Shown piece after piece: positions 36,479 through 48,000 of a stretch of 64,000 bases of DNA. The DNA lies in contig CBFDEM010000058.1 of the NCBI GenBank assembly GCA_965603825.1, forward strand, positions 558,001 through 622,000, given 5' to 3'. Below the pieces are notes generated by a model that searched no databases, had not been told where the DNA came from, and saw nothing but the letters and a program-made list of their open reading frames with translations. This stretch comes from Blepharisma stoltei ATCC 30299. Lineage: Eukaryota > Protista > Ciliophora. The position numbers and the translations under genes are program-made. Each line of letters starts with the position of its first letter. The first letter of the stretch is position 1.

Positions 36479-39400
36479 TTATATGGCACTTACAATTACA
36501 ATAGGAACTGTGACACATATAATGATACATATAAATAAGGCTATATATATTCTGAACTTCTTTCTCAAAGATTTTAGGTCTTCTTCAGCTGAATAAATTT
36601 CATTTTCAATCTCTTGAAATCCTCTTCCTGCTTCTGGAGTTTCAAGCGGTGGATCTTTATTCGGGCCTGATCTTCCTTCACCTACTGGATCCATATCTGC
36701 ATCTTCAGCCAGCAGCATTGACGCCTCTAATTGAATTTTTCCTATCAATTCTTCATCTTTAGTAGAATACACATTAATCCACGTCCTAGGCAGGCTACTT
36801 ATTCCTAGCGATTTCTGAACTTCCATATAAAAATCATTAAGATCAATATCAGCAGTCCCCAAAAGTTTATCCTTTTTCGCATCATAAAGCTCAATCATCA
36901 ACATGCTATCAAATGCTGGCAGTTTAAACCTAAACTTAAATCTTCAATTAAATACTGCAGTATCTTTAGCATCTTTATGCACATCAGTCACTTGCTCAAT
37001 TTCATTATCTTTTTCAAACTCAACATATCCTTTCACACACAAATTTTTGCATTTTTTTAGCCTTAAATCTTTAAGTTTTCACACAATTACTCTCAGCTCG
37101 AAATCAGTGTCAGATCTCTGCATTAAAATTTCTTCAGGGTTTTCAGCAGCTTCTTTTGAAGTTAAAAGTTCAAGCCAAACTTGGACTTCCCCTTGCTTCA
37201 TTGCTGTATGCCCTGAGTATAAATCTCTTGTTTCTATAGGAATTTCTTTTAAGCCTTTAAATTTGATTTCTTGGTATTCTGTGTTAAATCATCGCTGCTC
37301 TAAGTCATATTCTGTGTAGCCGATTAGCTCATCGTTTCTCTGCTCTTGCTTGTCGTATAGGCTTAAATTTACATAAAACTCGTCAGGGTTTTTAGCTTTC
37401 ATGCTATAGCAAGTCATAATCAAAGGGTCAGAATTTTCATTAAAAACCCTTTTATCAAATCTATAGTCTTCAATGCCTTCAACAGAGTTTAACCATACGT
37501 AGGAAGAAGGGGGTTTTTCGTCTTTTATTGATAAATTTTTAGCTGAGAGGACATAAAACCTTGCTGTTAAGGTGTCGACTTCTTTGTAGCGCTTTATAAT
37601 GGAGTTTAAATACTTCTGGTCGGGGTTGCTGTCATAAGTCATTCGGATGATGCATCGAAGATAGCCAGTAATCATCAGTTTTCCAGTGTCTGATAATCTT
37701 TTCAGCTGAAAAGTCTCAAATGGGATTTTAACTCCATAATTGTCTTCAAAAGTCCCTTCAATCACATTTCTATTTGGATTTGGAGGCTCATAACCAGGTC
37801 ATAACTGTTTATTCTCTTTATATACTTTTTTTTCAGGCTCATCAAAAGTGAGATCCACAGTATCATAATCAATATGAATAACCCCATCACCTATCTTATA
37901 GTTTAATTTTTCTCCTAATATAAAGTCTGTATCAGTTTCTGTTTGATCCATCTCACGGGTTTCTACTTCTTCTTCTTCCTCGTTTTCATCAGAATTTTCA
38001 TCAAACTGGTTGTATGTCTTCAGTTTTTGCATATTAAAAGCTTTCGGAGGTTCTGCATATTCCTCATAGTTATACTTTCCTAGGCTCATCCATGGCAAAT
38101 ACTTGCCTAAATTAATAGAAATTGCTCCTAATAAATTTTCTGACGTTGTTGCCCTTTCCAGGACTTTAAAAACAACACAAGGAGAAAACTCCGGGTCTTT
38201 GAGTACATTGAGCTTCATATTAATAATTTCTAAATAATTGTGGTTGCTTCCCTTGGTATCGTATTGGCGAAAGCCTATTCTAGTATCAGAGGCTTGGCTA
38301 TTACTAGCAGAAACCCTTACAAATGGAGACTTCAATGGCATTAGCCCATAAGGCTGTAGTTTTCTAGTTCCAATTATTAAAATTTGTAGATTGCAGGCAG
38401 CAAAAGATAAGATTTTTTCTATTGAAGGGATTGGAATTATTTGTTTTTTATCTCGCAGTGGTATAAGCAAAAACGACATTAGGATTTTTGGTTTAGAAAT
38501 TTCAGAAGTTGATATTAAATGGTGCCAACTAGGAATAGGTGGGATTTCATCAAAATTTTCTGCTAGTTTTATAGAGGAAGGATCAAGAGTTATCACTCCT
38601 TCATTTTCGTTTTCTTGAGGAAACTCATTTCAGTCTCATAAATCTACTTGAAAAAGGGTGCAGTCTGTTAAATTTTCAGGCAAATCAATTCTCCAAGAAA
38701 TAATTTGGTTTCATTGCGGGTTTAAGCATTGATACTGGATTTCCGTCATTTTTGATACCCCATTTATAGATATTGTCACAAAAGGATCACAAAGCCCGCC
38801 TACATCAGAAATTTTTATCCCTTGAGCTTGTAAAGCGACAGCAATTACTTCAAATGGCTTATAATTAATTTCAAAATTATCTGGTCTGAAATAGTTAACG
38901 TTTCCAACTGCAGTCATATTTAGCCTGAATAATGCTGAGCCTACAAGATTATTTTTTGAATTTTTATTTTTTTTATCCTGAACATTGCTAAACATTTTCC
39001 ATGCCGGTTTTAAAGGCTTTGCTCCGGTCTTTACTAACTCTTCTGAGTTAAACGCCATAACTGCTATGCACTTTTCATGCTTATCAAGCTTCGCGATCAC
39101 CTTAAAAATAAATTTTGGCAACTGTGCAGGATCTTCTGGAAGATCTACAAATCACTCAGGGAATTTTCCAAATTTCCCTCATATTCATCGCTGGTTTTGA
39201 GCTTCAACTCAATGGCTTTCAAATTTATCCTTCCCTAATTCCAGCTGTATTTTTAATGGTACATTCAGTCCAAATCCTGCAATTTCTAAAACTTCCATCC
39301 ACACAATATAAGTTTGTATATTTGGAGTCACCCCTATTTTTGCTGGTAAATTTTGATGGATTGGATCAGTATTTTGTTCGTCAATTTTTATGCTGACTAA

Positions 39401-40243
39401 AATTCTCCCCGAATAAATTTCTTTTTTTTCACCTTCGTATATATTAATTCAGAAATGCTCTCTTGGTTCTGCTAGTAAAGGCATATATGGAATAGCGATT
39501 TTATCAATAATTAAGTCATTTGCATACCTTTGGGTTATCATTATTCTTATTTCGATTTCATGGGCCATAGTAGGCTGGGGGACTGGGATCAATAACTTTT
39601 CTTTTCATTCAGGCGAATATGTGCATCTTGCCACTTTGGTTTTGCTGATAGTCCCAGCTAAGCTTACTGTTATATATGTGTTTGACTCTACCTGAATCCT
39701 ATTCATTTCTAATTCTCCTCTATGAATATTTACTATAAGCTGAATTGATGATTTTGCGCTTTCAGGGAGGCCTAAAATATTAGTGTCATATTCATTTACA
39801 AAGTCTTTTTTATCTGGCAGAAAAGATAGCTCATCCCCAGCCCTTAGCGCTGCGATAGAAAACCTTATATACCCATTAATTTCTGCATCATTAGTCAGAG
39901 CGCATCATTGATTATACAAGTGATGTCCTAAATACAAATAAACTTGTTTAATTTTGATTCTAAAAGTTCCTATAACCAATGGTCTTTGCAGCGAAACCTG
40001 ATGGACTGCTTTAATTTCAATTTCTTCATTTTCGAATTCGTCTATTGAAAGCATGAGTTTTTCCATTTGAAGGGTTTCCATCACAATTGATGAGCTTTTT
40101 TTTGGAAATAGTGAGGTGCGTGCTGATTTTGAGAGAAATGACACAATTATCATAGGGTTTGGAAGGTCTTTGAGCGAGCCTATAATTAGGTTCCTAAATT
40201 CAAGAATATCTATAAATAGCTTGAATTGCTGCTTTTGTTCCAT
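36479..40243 (-). CDS. ferlin-family multi-C2 tail-anchored protein (~1254 aa)
   Basis: One frame with TGA=Trp. C2 motifs DVGGLCDPFV, LNPQ(W), (W)INIY..YSGRILV, DVHKDAKD..FN(W)RFKF; PVGEGRSGPNKDPPLETP; C-terminal TM. Confidence 0.9.
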
Positions 40244-40263
40244 TTTAATTCATTTAAGATTAT

Positions 40264-43095
40264 TTACTCTGAAGGCTTAGCTTTAGCTTTGGGCTTTTTG
40301 TCGAACTGCTTCTGCAACTTTTGGGCGCCTGGGGTGGCTATTGTGCATTTTCCGAGGAGAACGGTGGTGATTTCGGTCTCGCTCATGCTTTTAATCAGCT
40401 GTTTTTCTGTGTCTGTGATATTTTCAAGATTCAGCCAAGTAAAAGTGATCATATTGACTGCTTTGCCTTTCTTTAAGCTTCCTGGCATTAGCTTTATCCT
40501 GTACTTGTAAGTTCCTGTAGCGTTGTGAGGAGCACACATAGGGATACAGTACAGTAAAGTATCTTCAGGGAGAGGATTTCCAGTCAATGTGTCAGCTTCG
40601 CCTAGCGCTAGCATTTCATCTTCATTAAGCAAGTTTTCTTCTTCTAAAATCTGCTTGATTTCTTCTCTGTCTTTTTTAGCTTTTTCTCTTTTTGAAGGCT
40701 GTTGGACTTTTTCTTCAATTTTTTGTTCTTCCACTTTTACTTCTTCGGCTTCTACTTCTTTAGCTTTTTCCTCTTCAACTTTTTCCTCTTCTTCCTCCTC
40801 TTCATCGCTTGACTCCTCCTCCTCCTCTTCTTTAACTTCTTCTTTTGTCACAACCTCTTTTTTCTCTTGCTGATAATTTTCAGGCAGCTCCAGATCTTTT
40901 GACCCAATCAAAGCTAGCTTGATCCTACGCTCTTCTTCAGTTTGCTCTCCATATTTTTCTTTTATTTTTTTCAATTTTTTAAGCTGATACTTACTAGGTG
41001 CTTTATTTTTCTGCTTGACTTCAGGCTTATCTGTTTCTTTAGATTTTTTCTCTTGAGGTTTCTTTTCCTGCGGTTTTGGCTTTTGTTTAACCTTTACAGT
41101 CCCAGTGTCAATTACAAACTCACTATTCAAGTCTTCTTCACTTTGGCTGACACTGCTTTTCACAGTCTCTAACTGTGGCAGTTCTCCATTTTCTTCCTCT
41201 TTGACTTTTCTTTCACCAAGATGTCTTGCTAATGAGTCATCTCCTAGCTTAAACAGCAAAACAATACTCATTTCTAGCTTTGAAGGATGCAAAAAATTCT
41301 TTTTGCCTCTGATCATGAAGCTACCAGCTGACAAATACAGCCCAGATGGAGCTGTTTTACTTACTTGCTCTGCGTAAACCCACCATGCAGCTTGTATAAC
41401 TTTAGTCGCCCATGCATTGCTTAAGCAAACACAAAAAGTTCCAGCTTCTTCTAAAGTTCTTACGGGTATGGCAAGTCCTGAAGGATTTTTTATAACTGTA
41501 CTGGCAGCTCCATGGATATCTGCATGGACATAAATATCGGTCTTTTTCATATATTTTTTTACTATCATTTCGTTTTGCTGGGCATCTTTTCCCGAAACTA
41601 TGATATAATTATCAGAAGAAATAAACCAATTGAATTTTTCCCACCAAAATACTTTTCTCATCGTACGGATTCCGACACCAAGTTTAAGCCCTTGCTTTTC
41701 TTGTTCAGCCCTGGCTTTTTTCTCAGCTTGATTTAGTACTTCTTCCATAGCGTCTAGTGTTTTTATTTCTTTGGTCTTGGAAACCTTTTTATTACCATAA
41801 TACTCTCTTGCATTTTGATAAGCGTTTTTATAGATATCGAGCTCAATTATAATTTCTTCATCAGTGTCTGGATCTGGGAACTTTACTTCAACTGTCTTTT
41901 TGTCAAGCTTTATTTTATTTACTATGGCTGCATATTTATTCCCACGATTCCTTTCATCAACAATCATCCTCCACAATGAAGTCCAGTCAATGCCAGTTTC
42001 CAAACACTTCACCATAATATCAAACAATCCATCAATTTCTTCCATATGGTCTTCTATTAATTTTGCTTTCTTTTCTGAAGTTACCTGTTCATTTCTCAAA
42101 TCATTCAGCCTTCTTTGCTGGTCTTTTTCTATTTTATTTTTCTTTTTCCATATATCTTGCTCTTTTTTCTCTTGGACTTGCTCAACTTTTTGTTTTTCTG
42201 CAACAGCGAAAAATATATCTAGCGCTCTATCAAATGTGGGCTGATTTTCTACTCCTAATGATTCATATTGAGAAAAAACAACAGGGCAAGCTTCTTGATA
42301 TTCTTTTTCTCCGTCTTTTTCTTTATAGATTAAATAGCCTTGGGGTTCTTCTGAGCTAATTTTTTGGACGACCTCGCTGCCTATTGTCATAGCTTTTATT
42401 ACCATTTCTATGTCTATTGCGTCTGGGGAAAGTTTCTTGTTTAATGATGTAAATCCAGCTACTTTTAAACAGTGTTCAGCGAATGGAAAGTGCATATAAG
42501 GGCACAGTTGCGATAAGAGCTGCTTGAAATTTATGCCTTTTTTTACTTTCTCAGGGTCAGAAAAAATGTTTTTGATTGTTTCTTCTACTGTTATTCGTTC
42601 TATAGTGCCGCTAAATTGGAGGTTTGCTGCATACTCAAATGGGTAGATTTCGCCTTTTCCATATTTCACATCTTCTTCGAATTTATGGCTCCTTAGTAAT
42701 GCTAAAATTTCGTATTTTGAGTCAGTCAGAATTAAGTTTCCACTGGCATACATCTCAAAAATGACATGGTGGGTTTCTTCACCTGATTCAAAAGTAAAAT
42801 TTACAACTCTATCAATTCCTAATTGTTCTAAGGCTACCAACCTGTTTGTTCTTAGATGTTTCCTTAGTTTTGACGTAAACGGAGTAGGAGCTTTAGGCTT
42901 TTCTCTATTAAACTCTGTTGTATGGAACCTCACACCTGATTCCAATAGAAGATGGACTTTATGGTCAGGCTTAGAAAATTTCCATATGAAGAGTTTTTGA
43001 GAGAGATCATAAATATTTGCAATTCTCAAGCCAACGAGATGCTGTAGGTTATTAACCTCAGCTCTGATATCCAAAGAAGACATGCGGCTCTTCAT
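40264..43095 (-). CDS. NEMF: ribosome quality control subunit NEMF/Rqc2
   Basis: MKSRMSSLDI, LLLESGVRFH, KLRKHLR, WWEKFNWFISSD, GKDAQQNE, YVHADIHGA, GSFMIRGKKNFL. Confidence 0.96.
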   Translation of the reverse strand: MKSRMSSLDIRAEVNNLQHLVGLRIANIYDLSQKLFIWKFSKPDHKVHLLLESGVRFHTTEFNREKPKAPTPFTSKLRKHLRTNRLVALEQLGIDRVVNFTFESGEETHHVIFEMYASGNLILTDSKYEILALLRSHKFEEDVKYGKGEIYPFEYAANLQFSGTIERITVEETIKNIFSDPEKVKKGINFKQLLSQLCPYMHFPFAEHCLKVAGFTSLNKKLSPDAIDIEMVIKAMTIGSEVVQKISSEEPQGYLIYKEKDGEKEYQEACPVVFSQYESLGVENQPTFDRALDIFFAVAEKQKVEQVQEKKEQDIWKKKNKIEKDQQRRLNDLRNEQVTSEKKAKLIEDHMEEIDGLFDIMVKCLETGIDWTSLWRMIVDERNRGNKYAAIVNKIKLDKKTVEVKFPDPDTDEEIIIELDIYKNAYQNAREYYGNKKVSKTKEIKTLDAMEEVLNQAEKKARAEQEKQGLKLGVGIRTMRKVFWWEKFNWFISSDNYIIVSGKDAQQNEMIVKKYMKKTDIYVHADIHGAASTVIKNPSGLAIPVRTLEEAGTFCVCLSNAWATKVIQAAWWVYAEQVSKTAPSGLYLSAGSFMIRGKKNFLHPSKLEMSIVLLFKLGDDSLARHLGERKVKEEENGELPQLETVKSSVSQSEEDLNSEFVIDTGTVKVKQKPKPQEKKPQEKKSKETDKPEVKQKNKAPSKYQLKKLKKIKEKYGEQTEEERRIKLALIGSKDLELPENYQQEKKEVVTKEEVKEEEEEESSDEEEEEEEKVEEEKAKEVEAEEVKVEEQKIEEKVQQPSKREKAKKDREEIKQILEEENLLNEDEMLALGEADTLTGNPLPEDTLLYCIPMCAPHNATGTYKYRIKLMPGSLKKGKAVNMITFTWLNLENITDTEKQLIKSMSETEITTVLLGKCTIATPGAQKLQKQFDKKPKAKAKPSE

Positions 43096-43183
43096 TTTAT
43101 GATTTTCTATTATAATAATCAGATCACATTGGTTTTTCTATTATCCCTATATCTAAAGCAATTATTATTTATTTAAACTGAAT

Positions 43184-46100
43184 TTAATTATCTGGTGGAT
43201 TTCTCCAATATAAGCTAAATTCAAGTTTTTCTTCTTCATGCTGAATTTCTTCTTTCGCAATGAAGATTTGGTCGTCTTCCTTCTGGGCCAGAGGGAGGAT
43301 TGGGATTTTTAGGATTCCTCTGATCAATTCTCCTTTCTCCTCAAGCAGTTTTCCATAGTATGGCCCTGTCTGAGTGTAATACAGCACAATGTCATCTTCT
43401 ACTTGTAAGCCGCTTGATTTCCTTAATTTCTGTACATGGTTAGCGAATTCTCTGGCAGTTCCGACAAGTAGTAGTTCTTCGTTCATTTTGCAATCAACTA
43501 CAACAATCACATCATTATCTCCTGCAGCACCAAGGTCAGGGTTTTCTCCTTTATAGGCTCTCCTCACAAAGATTTCTCCTTCTTCAATAGCCACTCCGAG
43601 AATTTCAATTCTTTTGTTCACTTCATACTCTTCAATTAAATTGCTTGGCAGATTGTTAATAGTGTCTCTAAATTCCTTATTGAACTGTTTTTTCAGTCTT
43701 CCACCTAAAACAGCATTATTTGGTACAGCAGTCAATGACACAATTTCAGGTCTTTCTAGCTCAAAAGTAACATTAAAGCAGTTAAGCTCTTCTTTAATAT
43801 AAGGAACAAGTGGAGCCAACGAGTCCAAATAATGGCTGTATCTATGAATAATCTTAACTTCATTTACTGGAGTTTTCAATGGGATTTTCTTAACGTCCCT
43901 GACTTTTCTGCAAAGCTCAATAATGGTCTGCATGCGAGAAATAGAAGCCTCAATCTCTGGATTCAGCAAGTCTTGGCTGAATTGAGGGATTCTGACATAG
44001 TGGACTGAGTCTTGTTTTTGAGAAGATCCTTCTGGTAGGCCTCTGCTTAAGTTCTGATAAATAAGTTCTGTAATGAAAGGAGTATAAGGAGCCATCAGCA
44101 AGGTTACGTTTAACAAAGAGTCAAATAAGATGTCTAAGGCAAGCTTTGTGTCAACTGGATCTGTTTCTTTTAGTCTTTTTCTGTTCAGCTTGACATACCA
44201 GTTTGTCAAGTCGTTTAAGAATTTAAGCAAAGCTGGCACGACAGTGTAGAGTCTGTAGTTCTCCATCTCAAATCTGACAGTTTTAATCAGGTTTTGAGAT
44301 GCAGCAACGATCCATCTGTCCATGAAGTTTGTAGATGCTCTAATTGAAGATGGATCGAATTTATATAAGCACTGATGTGCAGCTTCATACCTATTAGCGT
44401 TTTGGATGAAGAATCTATAAGCGTTATACCATGGCAAAAATACATCCCTAATCATCTCTCTTACGCCTTCATCTTTAAATTTCAAAGGCTCAGCCCTAAC
44501 TAGCTGGCTGCTAACCAAATACAGCCTTACTGCATCAGCGCCTTCTTTTTCAATGATTTCCATAGGAGGTGTATAATTCTGCTTGCTTTTTGACATTTTC
44601 TGTCCTTCTGAATTCAAAACTAGACCATTAACAATAAGGTTTTTAAAAGGATTCTGATTAAATACACAAGTTCCTAATACAACTAGTGTATAGAACCATC
44701 CTCTGGTTTGGTCAAGGCCTTCTGCAATAAAATCAGCAGGGAAGCGCTCTTTAAACTCTTCAGGGGTGATAGAGAATGGATAGTGGCATTGAGCATAAGG
44801 CATAGCTCCACTCTCGAACCAACAGTCAAAGACTTCTTCAACTCTATGAAGCTGGCCTTTTCCCATTTTTGAAGGAATTGTCAAATGGTCAATTGACTCT
44901 CTATGCAAGTCTGTAATATCCTGCACCCCAGTAAGGTCTTTCAGCTCCTGTACAGAGCCCACACATACAACTTCTTCAAAATCATCGCTGACCCACAATG
45001 GAATTGGGTTGCCCCAAAACCTGTTTCTTGAAAAACACCAATCTTTTGCATCTTGAAGCCAGTTATGGAACCTTTTTTCCTGTACAAAAGCAGGCACCCA
45101 TCTAGCTTGCATATTGTTTCTCAATAAATCTTCTTTTACTGCTTCTACTCTAATGAACCAAGACTTCACTGGTCTGTAAATAAGTGGGGTATTGCTTCTC
45201 CAGCAGTAAGGATAACTGTGGTCGTAAAGTCCTGCATGCAACAGTCTTCCGTTTGCCTTGAGAATCGTTTTAATTGTGTCATAAGCATCACTAAATTTGA
45301 TTCCAGATAATTCTGGACATTCTGGGGTGAAAATTCCATTTTCGTCTAGTACGTCTGGAGGGTTGTCAGATCTGATTAGACCTTCTTTAATAAACACATT
45401 GAAATCTTCCTCACCATAAGGAGCACAATGAACGAGTCCAGTACCAGTATCACTTGTAACGAAATCTCCTGGGTAAACTTTGAAGCAGCCACGCTCTTTG
45501 TAGGAGTTTAGATAAGGGAAAAGTGGCTCATATTCGAGACCGATGATTTCAGAGCCTTTGAATTTTTGAACGATATCGTATTGCTGAAGACCAATTTCTT
45601 TGCAGACTGATTTAAGGAGGGCTTCAAGGAGGATATAGTGCTTATCAGAATTTTTTACTTTGATTTTCACATAATCAAGAGCAGGATTAGCAGCAATTGC
45701 CAAGTTTGCTGGAAGTGTCCATGGGGTTGTAGTCCATGCAAGGAAAGAAGTATTTGGGTCAGAGAGGACCGGGAAGGACACTATCATACTTGGGTCTCGC
45801 TTGTCAATATAATTCATGTTAGCTTCAAAATTCGAAAGCACTGTATTGCATCCACAAGAGTAAGGCATGACTCTGCTAGATCTATAAACTAGGCCTTTGT
45901 CGAAAATCTGCTTGAAAGTCCACCACACACTTTCCATGAAGTTGATGTCCATGGTTTTATAATCGTTCTTGAAATCAATCCACCGACCAGTTCTGGTGAC
46001 AACTTCATCCCAAGCTTGGGAATATCTCATGACGATTCCTCTACATTTTTCATTATAAGCTTTAATTCCAAGCTGAAGGACGTCTTTTTTGGTCTTGATC

Positions 46101-46468
46101 CCTTCTTGTTTGTCAATTTCGAATTCAATTGGCAGACCGTGGCAATCCCACCCAAATCTTCTTTCTACATCATAGCCATTCTGGTGAGCATAACGAGTGA
46201 CGACGTCTTTAATAGTCCCAGCTGCGATGTGGCCATAGTGAGGAAGGCCTGTTGCGAATGGAGGACCATCATAAAAGGTATACTTAGGACATCCCTTGTT
46301 CATTTTTAGAGAAGTCTGGAAAGCGTCGATACTTTTCCATAAAGAAAGGATATTTTCTTCTTCGTTGGGGAAGGAAGGTTTCTCAATAACTGTCTGAAAT
46401 GTGCTTGCGCGTTTAACCATTCTGAATAAGCTAGCACTTAATAAATGCCGTCCATTTAGCCTTAGCAT
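43184..46468 (-). CDS. IARS1: isoleucine--tRNA ligase (cytosolic type) with N-terminal presequence-like extension
   Basis: DGPPFATGLPHYGH, GWDCHGLP, WTTTPWTLP, EGLDQTRGWFY, KMSKS. Confidence 0.97.
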   Translation of the reverse strand: MLRLNGRHLLSASLFRMVKRASTFQTVIEKPSFPNEEENILSLWKSIDAFQTSLKMNKGCPKYTFYDGPPFATGLPHYGHIAAGTIKDVVTRYAHQNGYDVERRFGWDCHGLPIEFEIDKQEGIKTKKDVLQLGIKAYNEKCRGIVMRYSQAWDEVVTRTGRWIDFKNDYKTMDINFMESVWWTFKQIFDKGLVYRSSRVMPYSCGCNTVLSNFEANMNYIDKRDPSMIVSFPVLSDPNTSFLAWTTTPWTLPANLAIAANPALDYVKIKVKNSDKHYILLEALLKSVCKEIGLQQYDIVQKFKGSEIIGLEYEPLFPYLNSYKERGCFKVYPGDFVTSDTGTGLVHCAPYGEEDFNVFIKEGLIRSDNPPDVLDENGIFTPECPELSGIKFSDAYDTIKTILKANGRLLHAGLYDHSYPYCWRSNTPLIYRPVKSWFIRVEAVKEDLLRNNMQARWVPAFVQEKRFHNWLQDAKDWCFSRNRFWGNPIPLWVSDDFEEVVCVGSVQELKDLTGVQDITDLHRESIDHLTIPSKMGKGQLHRVEEVFDCWFESGAMPYAQCHYPFSITPEEFKERFPADFIAEGLDQTRGWFYTLVVLGTCVFNQNPFKNLIVNGLVLNSEGQKMSKSKQNYTPPMEIIEKEGADAVRLYLVSSQLVRAEPLKFKDEGVREMIRDVFLPWYNAYRFFIQNANRYEAAHQCLYKFDPSSIRASTNFMDRWIVAASQNLIKTVRFEMENYRLYTVVPALLKFLNDLTNWYVKLNRKRLKETDPVDTKLALDILFDSLLNVTLLMAPYTPFITELIYQNLSRGLPEGSSQKQDSVHYVRIPQFSQDLLNPEIEASISRMQTIIELCRKVRDVKKIPLKTPVNEVKIIHRYSHYLDSLAPLVPYIKEELNCFNVTFELERPEIVSLTAVPNNAVLGGRLKKQFNKEFRDTINNLPSNLIEEYEVNKRIEILGVAIEEGEIFVRRAYKGENPDLGAAGDNDVIVVVDCKMNEELLLVGTAREFANHVQKLRKSSGLQVEDDIVLYYTQTGPYYGKLLEEKGELIRGILKIPILPLAQKEDDQIFIAKEEIQHEEEKLEFSLYWRNPPDN

Positions 46469-46690
46469 ATTAAGCCTATTATGACGTAATTGTAATAGAT
46501 AAGATGTGAGATATTTTTGACAGTGAAGAGCTTAGATAGGATCTAAGAAAAATTTATGATTATTAGGATGCATGCCAAGATTTATAACTTACTGGTTGTC
46601 TCTATAAATTTATTACATTTTGATATATAGATAAAGGAATTATTTGTACCCAGAATTATAAAACTAGCAAACAAATTTATCTAAATCATA

Positions 46691-47794
46691 CTATTCAATA
46701 AGATCTAACAAATTATCAGGGTCTTGGTCTCTGATGCTAGCTTCTGTCGCTCCGTCAAATTCTCTTTCAAACTTCAAAAGTTCTTCGTTATGCACGCGTT
46801 TTCCCTCAACCTGCCTTATATTAGTTACATCTTCTACCTCCATCATTTGAAAGTTCAAATTCAGCTCAAAAAAGTCAGCAGGATTTTCATCAGGGCCAGC
46901 AATCATACTTGCTAGACTATTCAGCTCATGCTTGGCTATTTCCACCCTTGTTTTATCAGGAGCGCTCACATATCGCCTAGCAGGAGCCGGAGCTGGCGCT
47001 TTTTGCTCTTCTGGAGGAAGCGGAGCGAAGGGCTTATCAGTGGCATATAAATTAAAGCCAAGTGTTGTTGAATTTTCAGTGTATCTTGACTCATATCTTG
47101 CAGCGATAAATCCGTCACTTTTGGATAAAATCCTGGTATATTCCCTGACGACTTCTCCAGTTTGTAAAAACCGTCTGATTTTGCCAGGCGTTTCACATAT
47201 GGGACAAGCTTCTGATGTTGTGATTTTTATAGTGCCATCCTGTAGCTGAATTCCTCGGCTCAGCAATAATGTAACTTTTGCGTACTTATTTTGGAAGAAT
47301 TTCAATAAAGTCTGCCTAATTCTTGCCATTGTGGCTGAGCTCATCCCTAAATATCTTTCCTTAACCCTATTAATAACCTTTGTAATTATCAATTGAGCTT
47401 CATTGCCAGGGATCAGTGCTAAGAGTTCTTTTAAATGGTTAAGAGTCACCTGTAAGATTTCTTCAGGGTATTTTACACAGAGGAATTGCATTTTGACACC
47501 CATCACCATAAGGTCGAACAGCTTATTCATTGAAGAAGTCTGAAGCTTCATAATGGAAGAATGCGCTAGCTTATCAAACGTCTGACGAGTTGAAATCATT
47601 GTATAGAGAGGCTGAGGACGCATCATTTCATCTATAAATGCATCAGAAAATAGGTGCTTTATCACGTCAACTCTAACCTTGTCAGCTTTATCATTAGGAA
47701 TCTGCTGGGCGTTAAGTCTTTGGTTGAGGATATACATCATTTCGCCACCTAGATTGATCATGAGGAAAGGAAGTGCTAAGTTTGTTCCTGCCAT
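46691..47794 (-). CDS. OSCP1: OSCP1 (organic solute carrier partner 1) family protein
   Basis: LPFLMINLGGEMMYILNQRL..Q, LAHSSIMKLQTSSMNKLFDLMVMGVKMQ. Confidence 0.9.
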   Translation of the reverse strand: MAGTNLALPFLMINLGGEMMYILNQRLNAQQIPNDKADKVRVDVIKHLFSDAFIDEMMRPQPLYTMISTRQTFDKLAHSSIMKLQTSSMNKLFDLMVMGVKMQFLCVKYPEEILQVTLNHLKELLALIPGNEAQLIITKVINRVKERYLGMSSATMARIRQTLLKFFQNKYAKVTLLLSRGIQLQDGTIKITTSEACPICETPGKIRRFLQTGEVVREYTRILSKSDGFIAARYESRYTENSTTLGFNLYATDKPFAPLPPEEQKAPAPAPARRYVSAPDKTRVEIAKHELNSLASMIAGPDENPADFFELNLNFQMMEVEDVTNIRQVEGKRVHNEELLKFEREFDGATEASIRDQDPDNLLDLIE

Positions 47795-48000
47795 TTAATA
47801 TTTACTTTAAGATAATCTTAATTTTTTATAGAGATTATATAGACTTAGTAAAAGTTTAGCTTAGCTATTCTTATTATATAAATAATTTAAGCAAAAGGAA
47901 TAATAAATAAGAATATATTAATATGAATAAAATCGCAAAACTTTTTTATTTTTGATTAAAATGATTTTTAGTATGTTAGCATTTTAAAATTTAATTTTAG

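Noticed and set aside
39928-39943. Intron-like 16-mer gtttatttgtatttag (minus strand) in ferlin
   Set aside because: The unspliced reading QVYLYLGHHLYNQW fits the ferlin motif; splicing would frameshift.
40589-42359. Antisense and alternate-frame ORFs over NEMF and other genes
   Set aside because: Shadow ORFs of biased coding sequence with no motifs.
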